Origin: an uncultured Cytophagales bacterium | GTDB lineage: Bacteria; Bacteroidota; Bacteroidia; Cytophagales; Hymenobacteraceae | DNA: 64,000 nt | Reading direction: 5' to 3' | Assembly: GCA_963711295.1 (NCBI GenBank) | Contig: CAVQDF010000006.1 | Location: forward strand, 111,464-175,463 | Shown: positions 20,279 to 30,021 of the stretch, piece after piece | Layout of the letters: every line of letters begins with the position of its first letter | Numbering within the stretch: position 1 is the stretch's first letter | Program-made: the position numbers and the translations under genes | The notes under the pieces: generated by a model | What the model saw: the letters and a program-made list of their open reading frames with translations, nothing else | The model's database searches: none | What the model was told of the DNA's origin: nothing

Positions 20279-20992
20279 TTAAAACTGCATGGGCACCTCC
20301 ATGAGCAGCAGACGGGTATTGGCGGTAGCCTGCACGTCGAACTTCTCGGTTTCCCAGATGCCCAGCCCGTCGCGGCGGTGCAGTTCCTGGCCAGCTATAG
20401 TTGCCTCGCCTTCCAGCACGAACACGTACACGCCGTTGCCGGACTTCTTCACCTGGTACTCGGCCGCGTGGCCGGCGTCGAAATCGGCCAGGTGAAACCA
20501 GGCATCCTGCTGAATCCAGACCCCGGCATCGTCGGGCGAAGGCGAAAGCACCTGCTGAAACCGGTTATGGCGGTCTTCGGCCCGGAAGCTCTGCTGGTCG
20601 TAGCGGGGCGTGACGTTGCGCTTGTTCGGGATGATCCAGATTTGCAGGAATTTCACCTGCTCGGAGCTGCTATGGTTTTTTTCGCTGTGCGCAATGCCCG
20701 TACCGGCGCTCATCATCTGCACGTCGCCGCTACGGATGATGCCGTGGTTGCCGGCGTTATCCTTGTGCTCCAGCGTGCCGCTAAGCGGGATGCTGATGAT
20801 TTCCATGTTGTCGTGGGGGTGGGCGCCGAAGCCCATGCCGCCCGCCACGGTATCGTCGTTGAGTACCCGCAAGGCCCCGAAGTGCATGCGGGCGGGGTTG
20901 TGGTAGCCGGCGAAGCTGAAGCTATGGTAGGAGTTGAGCCAGCCGTGGTTGGCGTGGCCCCGGGAGTCGGCGGTATGGAGGGTAGTCTGCAT
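20279..20992 (-). CDS. Pirin family protein (YhhW-like)
   Basis: RGHANHGWL, FGALRVLNDD, HPHDNMEI, MSAGTGIAHSE, FLQIW. Confidence 0.92.
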   Translation of the reverse strand: MQTTLHTADSRGHANHGWLNSYHSFSFAGYHNPARMHFGALRVLNDDTVAGGMGFGAHPHDNMEIISIPLSGTLEHKDNAGNHGIIRSGDVQMMSAGTGIAHSEKNHSSSEQVKFLQIWIIPNKRNVTPRYDQQSFRAEDRHNRFQQVLSPSPDDAGVWIQQDAWFHLADFDAGHAAEYQVKKSGNGVYVFVLEGEATIAGQELHRRDGLGIWETEKFDVQATANTRLLLMEVPMQF

Positions 20993-21037
20993 AGTCAGAT
21001 GGCTAAAAGCAGGCGGCAACGGGCCACTTGCGGGTTG

Positions 21038-21058
21038 ATGTATGTATATACATATATT
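21038..21058. promoter_or_regulatory. AT-rich palindromic operator upstream of the pirin-nitroreductase operon
   Basis: ATGTATGTATATACATATAT contains the palindrome ATGTATATACAT; a MarR-type operator is an inference. Confidence 0.4.
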
Positions 21059-21277
21059 GCGCCAAAAAGTTTATCTGTTGCTTCCTGGCAGGTGAATAAT
21101 GTCAGTTTGACCGAAAGGTGCAACGTTGGTGCCGCCGGTGCGCCATTGGGCAGTTGGCAAGGTGGTGAGCTGGCAGTTCTGGCAGCGGCCGTACCCCATC
21201 GGCAACGCTCGGCAAACTGCGGCCATTGCGTAATTTGCTAACCCATTTCTTTCCCTTCATTCTTATCCGCAGCCTTT

Positions 21278-23464
21278 ATGTTCAGAATCTTCACGCGGAA
21301 AGTGGCCGCCGTGGCCGTTGTGCTGCAGCTGGCGGCCCTCGGGGCCACTCAAGCTCAAGGGCCTTCCTTCGGGGGCGGGTTGCAGTGGACTCAGGATGGC
21401 AACGGCTACCTGAAGACCGATAGCGACGAAGTCGTGCAGATCGATGCCCGCGACGAAACCAAGCGGGTGGTGCTGGTCAGCAAGGCCCAGCTCACGCCCG
21501 CCGGGCAGACCGAGCCGCTGCAGGTGCGCCGCTTCGCGTTGTCGGAGAACGGGCAGAAGGTTATCCTCAACACCAATACCCGCAAAGTGTGGCGCTACGA
21601 TTCGCGCGGCGACTTCTGGGTGTTCGACATGGCGACTAAAAAGCTGCAGCAGGTGGGCAAGGACCGGCCCGGTTCTTCGCTGATGTTTGCCAAGTTTTCG
21701 CCCGACGCCCAAAAGGTGGCTTACGTGAGCGAGCACAACCTGTACGTGGAAGACCTGGCTACCGGCACGGCCCGGGCCCTGACCACCGACGGCACCAAGA
21801 CCCTCATCAACGGCACCTTCGACTGGGTGTACGAGGAGGAGCTCAACTGCCGCGACGGTTTCCGCTGGGCCCCCGACGGCCACGCCCTGGCCTACTGGCA
21901 GCTCGACGCGGCCAAGACCAAGAACTACCTGATGCTCAACACCACCGACCAGCTCTACCCGTTCACGGTGCCGGTGGAGTACCCCGTGGTGGGCGAAGAC
22001 CCCAGCATGGCCCGCATTGGGGTGGTGCCCGTAACGGGCGGCCCCACCACCTGGATGCAGATTCCGGGCGACGCCGTGCAGCACTACCTGCCCCGCATGG
22101 AGTGGGCCGGCCCCTCCGAGCTGATTGTGCAGCAGCTCAACCGCCGCCAGAACGAAAGCCGGATTATGCTCTGCGCCGCCGCTACCGGCGAAACCAAGCC
22201 GCTGTACACCGAAACCGATAAGGCCTGGGTCGACGCCAAGGAAGAAGCCGTGGGCTGGGACTGGATTGAGGGCGGCAAGCGCTTCCTCTGGCTGAGCGAG
22301 AAGGACGGCTGGCGCCACCTCTATGCCATCGACCGCCAGGGCCGCGAAAAGCTGCTCACCAAGGGCGATTATGACGTTATCAGCCTGAGCCTGGCGGACG
22401 AGAAGAATGGCTCCGTGTACTTCATGGCCTCGCCCCAGAACGCGACCCAAACCTACCTCTACAAAGTGCCCCTGAAGGGTGGCAAGGCCGAGCGGGTATC
22501 CCCGGCGGCGCAGGCCGGCTCCCACAGCTACGACATCTCGCCCAACGGCCGGCTGGCCGTGCACAGCTTCTCCAACAGCGCCACCTTCCCCGTATCCGAC
22601 GTGGTGGCCCTGCCCGACCACAAGCGCCTGAGTGGCGGCGAGGTACCCGAGCACGCCAAGAGCCTGAAGCTGCCCAAGGCCGAGTTTTTCCAGGTGAAAA
22701 CCGAGGACGGCATTACGATGGACGGCTGGCTGGTGAAGCCCACCAACTTCGACCCCACCAAAAAGTACCCCATCGTGTTCACCGTGTACGGCGAGCCCGC
22801 CGCCCAGACCGTGGTGGACCGCTTCGGCACCGGTTTCAACGGCCTCTACCAGGGCAGCATGGCCGACGACGGCTACATCTACGCCTCGGTGGAAGGCCGC
22901 GGCGCCCCGGCACCCAAGGGCCGCGAGTGGCGCAAGTCCATCTACCACAACATCGGCAAAATCAATATCCGCGACCAGGCAATGGCTGCTAAGGAGCTGA
23001 TGAAGCAGCACGCCTTCATCGATACCAGCCGCGTGGCCGTGTGGGGCTGGAGCGGGGGCGGGTCGAGCACGCTGAACCTGCTGTTTCAGTACCCGCAGAT
23101 CTACAAAACCGGCATTTCCATTGCCGCCGTCGACAACCAGCTCAACTACGACAACATCTACCAGGAGCGCTACATGGGCCTGCTGCCCGAAGACAAGCAC
23201 TATTTCGTGGACAACTCGCCGCTGAACTACGCCAAAAATCTGCGCGGCAACCTGCTGCTCATCCACGGCACCGGCGACGACAACGTGCACTTCAACAACG
23301 CCGAGCAGATGATCAATGAGCTCATCAAACACAACAAGCCCTTCCAGATGATGGCCTACCCCAACCGCACCCACAGCATTTCGGAAGGCGAGGGTACCAG
23401 CCGCCACCTGGCCACCACCTTCACGCAGTACCTGAAAGAGCACTGTCCCCCCGGGGCCCGTTAG
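21278..23464 (+). CDS. Dipeptidyl peptidase IV (S9B)
   Basis: DWVYEEE, GWSGGG, YDNIYQERYMG, HGTGDDNVH, NRTHSI. Confidence 0.92.
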   Translation: MFRIFTRKVAAVAVVLQLAALGATQAQGPSFGGGLQWTQDGNGYLKTDSDEVVQIDARDETKRVVLVSKAQLTPAGQTEPLQVRRFALSENGQKVILNTNTRKVWRYDSRGDFWVFDMATKKLQQVGKDRPGSSLMFAKFSPDAQKVAYVSEHNLYVEDLATGTARALTTDGTKTLINGTFDWVYEEELNCRDGFRWAPDGHALAYWQLDAAKTKNYLMLNTTDQLYPFTVPVEYPVVGEDPSMARIGVVPVTGGPTTWMQIPGDAVQHYLPRMEWAGPSELIVQQLNRRQNESRIMLCAAATGETKPLYTETDKAWVDAKEEAVGWDWIEGGKRFLWLSEKDGWRHLYAIDRQGREKLLTKGDYDVISLSLADEKNGSVYFMASPQNATQTYLYKVPLKGGKAERVSPAAQAGSHSYDISPNGRLAVHSFSNSATFPVSDVVALPDHKRLSGGEVPEHAKSLKLPKAEFFQVKTEDGITMDGWLVKPTNFDPTKKYPIVFTVYGEPAAQTVVDRFGTGFNGLYQGSMADDGYIYASVEGRGAPAPKGREWRKSIYHNIGKINIRDQAMAAKELMKQHAFIDTSRVAVWGWSGGGSSTLNLLFQYPQIYKTGISIAAVDNQLNYDNIYQERYMGLLPEDKHYFVDNSPLNYAKNLRGNLLLIHGTGDDNVHFNNAEQMINELIKHNKPFQMMAYPNRTHSISEGEGTSRHLATTFTQYLKEHCPPGAR

Positions 23465-23621
23465 GTCCGCGTTGGGTTCGAGTACGACGTGGCAAGCTGC
23501 TGCGCACCCAACCACCTCTGTATGTCTGCTGAAAGAGGCCGCCGATTTAGTTTGGCGGCCTCTTTTTGGTTGGTGAAGACTTGGTTGGAGGAAGCGGATT
23601 CTGGCGTAGCTTGCGGTAGTG

Positions 23622-24523
23622 ATGAGTTCTGACACCCCCCTCGTTTCGCGGCTCGCACCCACGCCCAGCGGGTTTCTGCACCTGGGCAACGCCGTCAACT
23701 TCACCCTTACCTGGCTGCTCACGCGCCGGGCCGGCGGCACGCTGCACCTGCGCATCGACGACCTGGACCGGGCCCGGTTCCGGCCGGTGTACCTCGACAA
23801 TATCTTCCAGACCCTCGACTGGCTGCGGCCTCGACTACGACCACGGCCCCACCGGCCCCGATGAGTTCGAGCGCCACTACTCGCAGCAGCACCGCCTGCC
23901 CGAGTACGAAGCCGCCCTGCAAGCCGCCCGCGCGGCCCATCCCGGCCTGTTCTACGCCTGCCGCTGCTCCCGCGCCGCGCTGGCCCGCACGGCCGCGCCC
24001 GATGGCCGCTACCCCGGGACCTGCCAGGAGTTGCAGTTGCCCTCCGATGAGCCCGGTGCGGCCTGGCGCGCCCGCGTACCGCCCGGCACTACTATCTCGT
24101 TCCCCGACCTGGCCCAGGGCCCCCAAACGGTAGCGCTGGCCCAGGAGCTAGGCGACTTTGTGGTGCGCAAGAAAGACGGCACGCCAGCCTACCAGGTAGC
24201 GTCGGTACTGGATGATGGCCGGCTGGGCGTCAATTTCATCGTCCGGGGCCTGGATTTATTACCCAGCACGGCGGCCCAACTGTGGCTGGCGCAGTACCTG
24301 CCAGGGCCAAACCGGCTTCGAGCAAACCCAGTTTCTACACCACGGCCTGGTTCTCGACGAAACCGGGCAGAAGCTTTCCAAGTCAACCCAGACCGGCCAC
24401 CAGCGTGGGATTCTGGCCGAAGCTGTGGCGCCCCAGGTGGTGTACCGGGCCGTGGCGCAGCTGCTGGGGTTGGCCCCGGAAGCGGGAGAGTCGTTGGAAG
24501 CGCTATTGGCCGCTCTGACGTAG
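23622..24523 (+). CDS. gluQ: Glutamyl-Q tRNA(Asp) synthetase-like / truncated GluRS paralog (several frameshifts)
   Basis: SRLAPTPSGFLHLGN, LRIDDLD, YACRCSR, GDFVVRKKDG, AYQVASVLDD, VRGLDLL, KLSKS; no anticodon-binding domain. Confidence 0.7.
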
Positions 24524-24695
24524 GGGCTGGCAGCGCAGAACTACCCCCGACAGTGCCAGGAACTGGCTGCCGGAAGAAAAATATTCTGCTGATAGTCAAG
24601 CAGTTTTTTGAAGGAGGAAACTGCTCGGGCAACGGCTGCAAAAACGGCTGCATCTGCCGGGTATTGCTGTTGTCTTGCACTATCCCGCCTGCACC

Positions 24696-25643
24696 ATGAA
24701 CACGCCTCTTGCTCGCCGCATCCTCATCTGTTTCTTACTGCTGCTGGCGCCGCTGTGGCTGGCGGCGCGGCCCCAGCTGCCTGCCGGGCCGCACACCATC
24801 ACCACTTCCGATGGGGTTCAGCTTTTCGCCTCCATTACGGGGAAAGGTCGCCCCTGCGTATTCGTACATGGTGGTCCGGGGGCCTGGAGCGGAATGCCCG
24901 AACAACTGGCCGGCCCGGTTCTGAACAACCAGCTGCAAATGATCTGGCTGGACCAGCGCGGCAGTGGCCGCTCCCACAACGATGCCCGGCACGATTACTC
25001 GTTGGCGCGTCTGGTACAGGATCTGGAAGAGCTGCGGCAGCAACTTGGGGTGGAGTCGTGGGTGGTAATGGCTCATTCTTTTGGCGGAACCATTGCCACC
25101 GAGTACGCCGCGCGCTATCCCCAGCGGGTGCAGGGGCTGATCTTGGTGGAGTGCACGCTCAACCTGCCGGCCTCGATGCAGAGCATGATTGAGCAGGGCT
25201 TCAACTTTGTACCTCCCATGGATAAAGCGCCCTTCCTCGACCCGAGCCGGCCGGTGCAGGAACGGTTCGGGATGATGGTGCAGCACTTCAACGACCACAA
25301 TGTGTGGCGCCAGCTGCAATACACCACCGACGCCGGCTTTGAGCAGGTGGAGCAAGCTGACCAAAGTAACCCGCACACCGGCAACGAATTCGGACAGTAT
25401 GCCATGCAGCTGCCCGATTACCAGCAGGATTTTACGGACCTGACGCCCCGCATAACGGCTCCCGTACTGGTGCTGACCGGCAAAACCGATTACTGCATCG
25501 GCGTCAACCACTACCAGTTATTCCGTTTCCCGCACCAGCAGGTGGCGCACATGCAAACCGGCCACGTGCCCTTTGTGGAGGAGCCGGAGGCCTTTGGAGC
25601 GGCGGTGCGGGCCTGGATTCGGAAGCTTCCGCGCAAAGCGTAG
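24696..25643 (+). CDS. Alpha/beta hydrolase (proline iminopeptidase-like)
   Basis: VHGGPG, DQRGSGRS, AHSFGG, GHVPFVEEP. Confidence 0.87.
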   Translation: MNTPLARRILICFLLLLAPLWLAARPQLPAGPHTITTSDGVQLFASITGKGRPCVFVHGGPGAWSGMPEQLAGPVLNNQLQMIWLDQRGSGRSHNDARHDYSLARLVQDLEELRQQLGVESWVVMAHSFGGTIATEYAARYPQRVQGLILVECTLNLPASMQSMIEQGFNFVPPMDKAPFLDPSRPVQERFGMMVQHFNDHNVWRQLQYTTDAGFEQVEQADQSNPHTGNEFGQYAMQLPDYQQDFTDLTPRITAPVLVLTGKTDYCIGVNHYQLFRFPHQQVAHMQTGHVPFVEEPEAFGAAVRAWIRKLPRKA

Positions 25644-25668
25644 CCCGGCGCCCGGAACCAGCCCGGCG

Positions 25669-26355
25669 TTAACGTAGCTCCTTTTTGAATTCCTCGGCCC
25701 AATGGTCGGCGAGGCGGGTGGGCTCGGGGAGTTTGTAGCCGCGCAGGCAGGCGAGCGTGAGGCGGGTAGCGGTAGCCTGGTCGCAAAGGTGGCCGGGGCT
25801 CACGAACAGGGGCTTCACTTTGTCTTTGCTGCGGATAACCTGGCCCAGGAGCTCTCCATTTTTGTCGGTGAGCGGGCTCATGCTGCCCTTGGTAAGGGCG
25901 GGCTCCTCGTAGGTGCCGGTGAGGCGCTGCTTGGCTACCCCGAACGTGGGCACATCGAGCTCGACGCCCAAATGGGCCGCAATGCCCATGCGGCGCGGGT
26001 GGGCAATGCCGTGGCCATCAACCATAATAATATCGGGTTGGCGGCGCAGCTTTTCGTAGGCCCGCAGCAGGTTAGGCGCTTCGCGGAACGAGAGCAGCCC
26101 CGGCATGTAGGGCAGCGGCACGGGCCCTACGTGGTAAACCTTCTCAATGAAACCCAGCGAAGGCAGCTCCAGCACAATAAACACCGATAGCACCGTGTCG
26201 GGGGTCGGGAATGAGGAGTCGCAACCCGCAATGTAGCGCAGTTCCCCCGATGGGGGCTCCAGGCGAATCTGGTGGCGCATCTGGTCCTGCAGTTGGGTGA
26301 ATTCGCGCACTAACTGCGGGTCGGGCGCGGGGCCGGGGGGGCGGAAGTAAGCCAT
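25669..26355 (-). CDS. nfi: Endonuclease V
   Basis: PYMPGLLSFREAP, VDGHGIAHPRRMGIAAHLG, PLFVSPGH, YKLPEPTRLAD. Confidence 0.93.
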   Translation of the reverse strand: MAYFRPPGPAPDPQLVREFTQLQDQMRHQIRLEPPSGELRYIAGCDSSFPTPDTVLSVFIVLELPSLGFIEKVYHVGPVPLPYMPGLLSFREAPNLLRAYEKLRRQPDIIMVDGHGIAHPRRMGIAAHLGVELDVPTFGVAKQRLTGTYEEPALTKGSMSPLTDKNGELLGQVIRSKDKVKPLFVSPGHLCDQATATRLTLACLRGYKLPEPTRLADHWAEEFKKELR

Positions 26356-26469
26356 TGGGAGGAGTACCGGGGGTGAACCCGGGTGTACTGTTGCGGCCGG
26401 GGCGGGGTTGCCGATAACCTGCTGCCGCGGGCTGCGTTAATGCTGGCAGTACCTTTTTTGCCTTTCGTC

Positions 26470-27042
26470 ATGCCCAAACCCGAGCAACCCGCCTACACCG
26501 GTAGCGGCCCGTTTTTCGAGCGCCGTTACTGGCTCGATGTGCAGCACCCGCGCCAGTCGGCTGCCGAGCTGCTCGACCACGTTAAATGCCACCTGCCCGA
26601 CTTTTCGCCCGATTTGCTGGCCGATTTCGAGAAGTCGAAGGGCGAGGCGGAGTGTCTGGAAATCAACGACGAATTCCGCATCAAAATTCTGGGTCCCTGG
26701 AACGGCGACGTGCGGGTAACCGACCTGGGGCCTGATTTCTTCGAACTGGCCACCCTCGAAAGCCACCCCGAAGCCGGCCGCATCCGGTTTTCGTTGCGGC
26801 CCCACGACACGCTGCCCGATACCATCCGTTTCGAAATTCATTCCTGGGCCCGCTCTCGCGACGGGCTGGTGGCCTTCACCTACGACACGCTGGGCCTGGG
26901 CCGGCTGGTGCAGCAGCAAACCTGGGAAACTTTCTGCGAGCGGGTGGGCCGGTTCAGCGGCGGCCTTTGGCTGGGACCAGTGCAGGTAGAAACCATCCGG
27001 CGCGAGGAAAACGACGTTGCCCATGCCACATCCGATGCCTGA
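26470..27042 (+). CDS. DUF1990-like protein
   Basis: GPWNGDVRV, FELATLESHPEAGRIRF, FEIHSWAR. Confidence 0.7.
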   Translation: MPKPEQPAYTGSGPFFERRYWLDVQHPRQSAAELLDHVKCHLPDFSPDLLADFEKSKGEAECLEINDEFRIKILGPWNGDVRVTDLGPDFFELATLESHPEAGRIRFSLRPHDTLPDTIRFEIHSWARSRDGLVAFTYDTLGLGRLVQQQTWETFCERVGRFSGGLWLGPVQVETIRREENDVAHATSDA

Positions 27043-27760
27043 TTCTGCTCCCCTAAATGCCCGCCAGCGGGCCCGCCTCGACGCCTACACCCAGGCAGGC
27101 TACAACTTCGACCCCGACCAGCTGACTGACTACACCGCCGCCACCGGCTGGCGCGTAGACGACTACGAAACCGAGCTACCCGCCGAAGCGCCTGGCCCGT
27201 CCGAGCCACGGGGCTCCTGGGCCGCCGCCCGCGAGGTGCTGCGCCGCTACTCGTTCCCGCCGCCCGACCTGATCAGTGGCATCTTCCTGCCCGACCAGCC
27301 CCTGAGCCAGCGCGTGATGGTGTTGCGGGCGCAGTTTCTGGGCTTCTCGTTCTGGTTCGGGGTGCGCATCGGGAGCGTAACCGACGAAGTTCGGCCGCTG
27401 CCCGGCGGAGGGCAGGAGCAGGTGTGGGGCTACAACTACCGCACCCTCGAAGGCCATTTCGAGCGGGGCCAGATTGAGTTCACCGTGCACAAAGACCTCA
27501 CGACCGGCCGCGTGTGGTGCCACATCCACGCCGTATCGCAGACGGGCCGCATCCGCAACCCCTTCTATTGGCTGGGCTTTAAACTCTTTGGCCGGCGGTT
27601 GCAGGTGCGCTTTTCCCAACAGTCGCTCAAGCGGCTCCGGCAGCAGGTGGAGCAGCTGCTGCGCCAGGGGTGGCAGGACCCAGTGGCCACCGACGGCCCG
27701 ACCATCAGGCCCATCTCATCTCACGAAGACGCGCAGGAGCAGCTGGAAAAGAACCAGTAA
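27035..27760 (+). CDS. DUF1990-like protein (translationally coupled partner)
   Basis: WGYNYRTLEGHFERGQIEF; its ATG overlaps the upstream stop. Confidence 0.72.
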   Translation: MPDSAPLNARQRARLDAYTQAGYNFDPDQLTDYTAATGWRVDDYETELPAEAPGPSEPRGSWAAAREVLRRYSFPPPDLISGIFLPDQPLSQRVMVLRAQFLGFSFWFGVRIGSVTDEVRPLPGGGQEQVWGYNYRTLEGHFERGQIEFTVHKDLTTGRVWCHIHAVSQTGRIRNPFYWLGFKLFGRRLQVRFSQQSLKRLRQQVEQLLRQGWQDPVATDGPTIRPISSHEDAQEQLEKNQ

Positions 27761-27854
27761 AAAGCCTGTCATCCTGAGCGGAGCGAAGGACCTTGTACCA
27801 CCTGAATTATTGGTGGTACAAGGTCCTTCGCTCCGCTCAGGATGACAGGCTTTT
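27760..27854. repeat. CGTC-type REP doublet with perfect 43-bp arms
   Basis: AAAAGCCTGTCATCCTGAGCGGAGCGAAGGACCTTGTACCACC, 9-nt loop, then its exact reverse complement. Confidence 0.9.
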
Positions 27855-27867
27855 CGGTAGCAGAAGC

Positions 27868-28533
27868 CTACTCCTTGCCAATCGGCTCGCCGCCGTTGAT
27901 CATGGCCGATACCACGCCGGGTTCCTCGGTGACCTCGGCGCGGAAGACCCCAACGATATGCGCTACCACGAAGGCCAGTACGATGTACATCGAAATTTCG
28001 TGCACTTCCTTGGCCAAATGCTCGATGCTGCGGAAGTAGTCCTCGAACACCAGAATCAGGCCCGTGACGACCATCACCCCCAGCACCACATAAAAGGCGC
28101 GGTAGCTGTAGCGCACCCACAGGGCTTTGGTAGCGCCGGCCTCGCCGGCCGCAGCGCGCGTTTTAATGGCGCCGATTTTGGCCGCGGTGCGCTGCTCGCC
28201 ACGCTGCATAAAGCTCACGGCCACGCGGTAAGCCAGCAGGCAGGAAATGGCAATACCGATCCAGATGTGCCAGTCCCAGATGCGGTGCGACACAATGCGG
28301 GTGAGGCCGCGCAATTCCGCGGCCGGTAGGTTCACACCCTTTTCAGCCAGCACTTTGCTGAACTCGGGAGCCAGCGTCTTCACTTTCACAATCACGAACA
28401 GAAACAGAATCGTGATGAGCTGGGCCAGCACGAGGCCCGAGTTCAGCCAGTGCCAGATGCGCAGGCCTAAGGAGTTGTGTTTAGGACCGGTGCTGACGGC
28501 AACAGTAGGAGCGGGGGAGGTTTGAGGGGCCAT
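27868..28533 (-). CDS. Cytochrome b/b6 domain (cytochrome b561-like) protein
   Basis: LRIWHW, WDWHIWIG, KEVHE, AHIVGV heme-ligand histidines; 4 TM segments. Confidence 0.85.
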   Translation of the reverse strand: MAPQTSPAPTVAVSTGPKHNSLGLRIWHWLNSGLVLAQLITILFLFVIVKVKTLAPEFSKVLAEKGVNLPAAELRGLTRIVSHRIWDWHIWIGIAISCLLAYRVAVSFMQRGEQRTAAKIGAIKTRAAAGEAGATKALWVRYSYRAFYVVLGVMVVTGLILVFEDYFRSIEHLAKEVHEISMYIVLAFVVAHIVGVFRAEVTEEPGVVSAMINGGEPIGKE

Positions 28534-28732
28534 AAGAAGATACTAGAATGAGAAAAGCGGGCAGCCTGCCAGTAAAGCCCGCCGAATTTTACCGGCGGTT
28601 AAGGTACGCCGGATGCAGCAAACCTACTATCAGCCGCCGCCGGAAGAAGTTGCCTGCAAACAAACAGCGCGGGCAGTGGTTATGCTGGTTCCGCGCCGAA
28701 CAACCGGTGCGCTACGAAAAAAACTCCTTCTT

Positions 28733-29778
28733 ATGATTGAAGCCAAAGGCTACGCCGCCCCTGCTGCCAACGAACCGCTTGCTCCCTTCAGCTTCGAGCG
28801 CCGCGACGTGGGCCCCCACGATGTTCGCATCGAAATTCTGTTCTGTGGCGTCTGCCACTCCGATATTCACCAGGCCCGCAACGAGTGGGGCAGCTCCATC
28901 TTCCCCATGGTACCGGGCCACGAAATAGTGGGCCGCGTAACGGAGGTGGGCTCCCACGTAAAAAGCTTTAAAAAGGGCGACCTGGCCGGGGTCGGCTGCA
29001 TGGTTGATTCCTGCCAGCACTGCGCCGAGTGCAACGAAGGCCTGGAGCAGTACTGCGACAACGGCTTCGTCGGCACCTACAGCGCCACCGACAAGGATGG
29101 CTCCGTAACCCAGGGTGGCTACTCCAACAACATCGTGGTAACCGAGAAATTCGTGCTTCACGTATCGGAGAAGCTCGATTGTCGCGCGTGGCCCCGCTCT
29201 TGTGCGCCGGTATCACTACCTGGTCGCCGCTACGCGAGTGGAAAGCAAAGGCCGGCGACCGGGTTGCCGTAATCGGCCTTGGTGGCCTGGGCCACATGGC
29301 CGTGAAATTTGCTGCCGCCATGGGCTGCGAAGTGACGGTGCTCAGCACCTCGCCCGGCAAGGAAGCCGATGCCAAAGCCCTCGGAGCTCATAAATTCGTG
29401 GTTACCAAGGGCGAAGGCGCGATGGATAGCATCAGCAACTACTTCGACCTGATCATCAATACCGTGTCGGCCCCCATCGACCTGATGCCCTACGTGGCCA
29501 GCCTGCGCCTCGATGGCACGATGGTGCTGCTCGGCGTACCGCCCGAGCCGGCTCAGCTGCATGCCTTCAACCTGATCAGCAAGCGTCGCCGCATCGCCGG
29601 CTCGCTCATCGGCGGCATCCAGGAAACCCAGGACATGCTGGATTTCTGCGCCGAGCACAACGTGATGAGCGACGTGGAAGTCATCAACATCGACTACATC
29701 AACGAAGCTTACGAGCGCATGATGCAGTCCGACGTGAAGTACCGCTTCGTTATCGACATGGAGAGCCTGAAAGGCTAG
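28733..29778 (+). CDS. NADP-dependent Zn alcohol dehydrogenase (CAD/YahK-like), frameshift near 29179
   Basis: CGVCHSD, PGHEIVG, CQHCAEC...C, APLLCAGIT, GLGGLG, DVKYRFVID. Confidence 0.9.
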
Positions 29779-29790
29779 CCCTGCCGATTG

Positions 29791-29842
29791 CCCACAAAAA
29801 AGAGAGCCAACGATTCAGTTCGTTGGCTCTCTTTTTTGTGGG
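29791..29842. terminator. Bidirectional terminator
   Basis: CCCACAAAAAAGAGAGCCAACGA...TCGTTGGCTCTCTTTTTTGTGGG. Confidence 0.75.
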
Positions 29843-29843
29843 T

Positions 29844-30005
29844 TGTAGAGACGCATCTTTGCGTCTCATCGTTGAACGACCTCGCCTGAACGGTGCGGTG
29901 TCAGATGCTTAACAACGAGGAAGGCAAGTCAGGTGCGCCGGAAATCAGGGGCCCGCCGTTTGCGGGAAGTCGTTCAACGCCGAGACGCAAAGATGCGTCT
30001 CTACA
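29844..30005. repeat. GTAG-type REP doublet (REPIN-like)
   Basis: TGTAGAGACGCATCTTTGCGTCTC..CGTTGAACGAC...GTCGTTCAACG..GAGACGCAAAGATGCGTCTCTACA. Confidence 0.88.
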
Positions 30006-30021
30006 TCCGCTGGTAAGCCAG

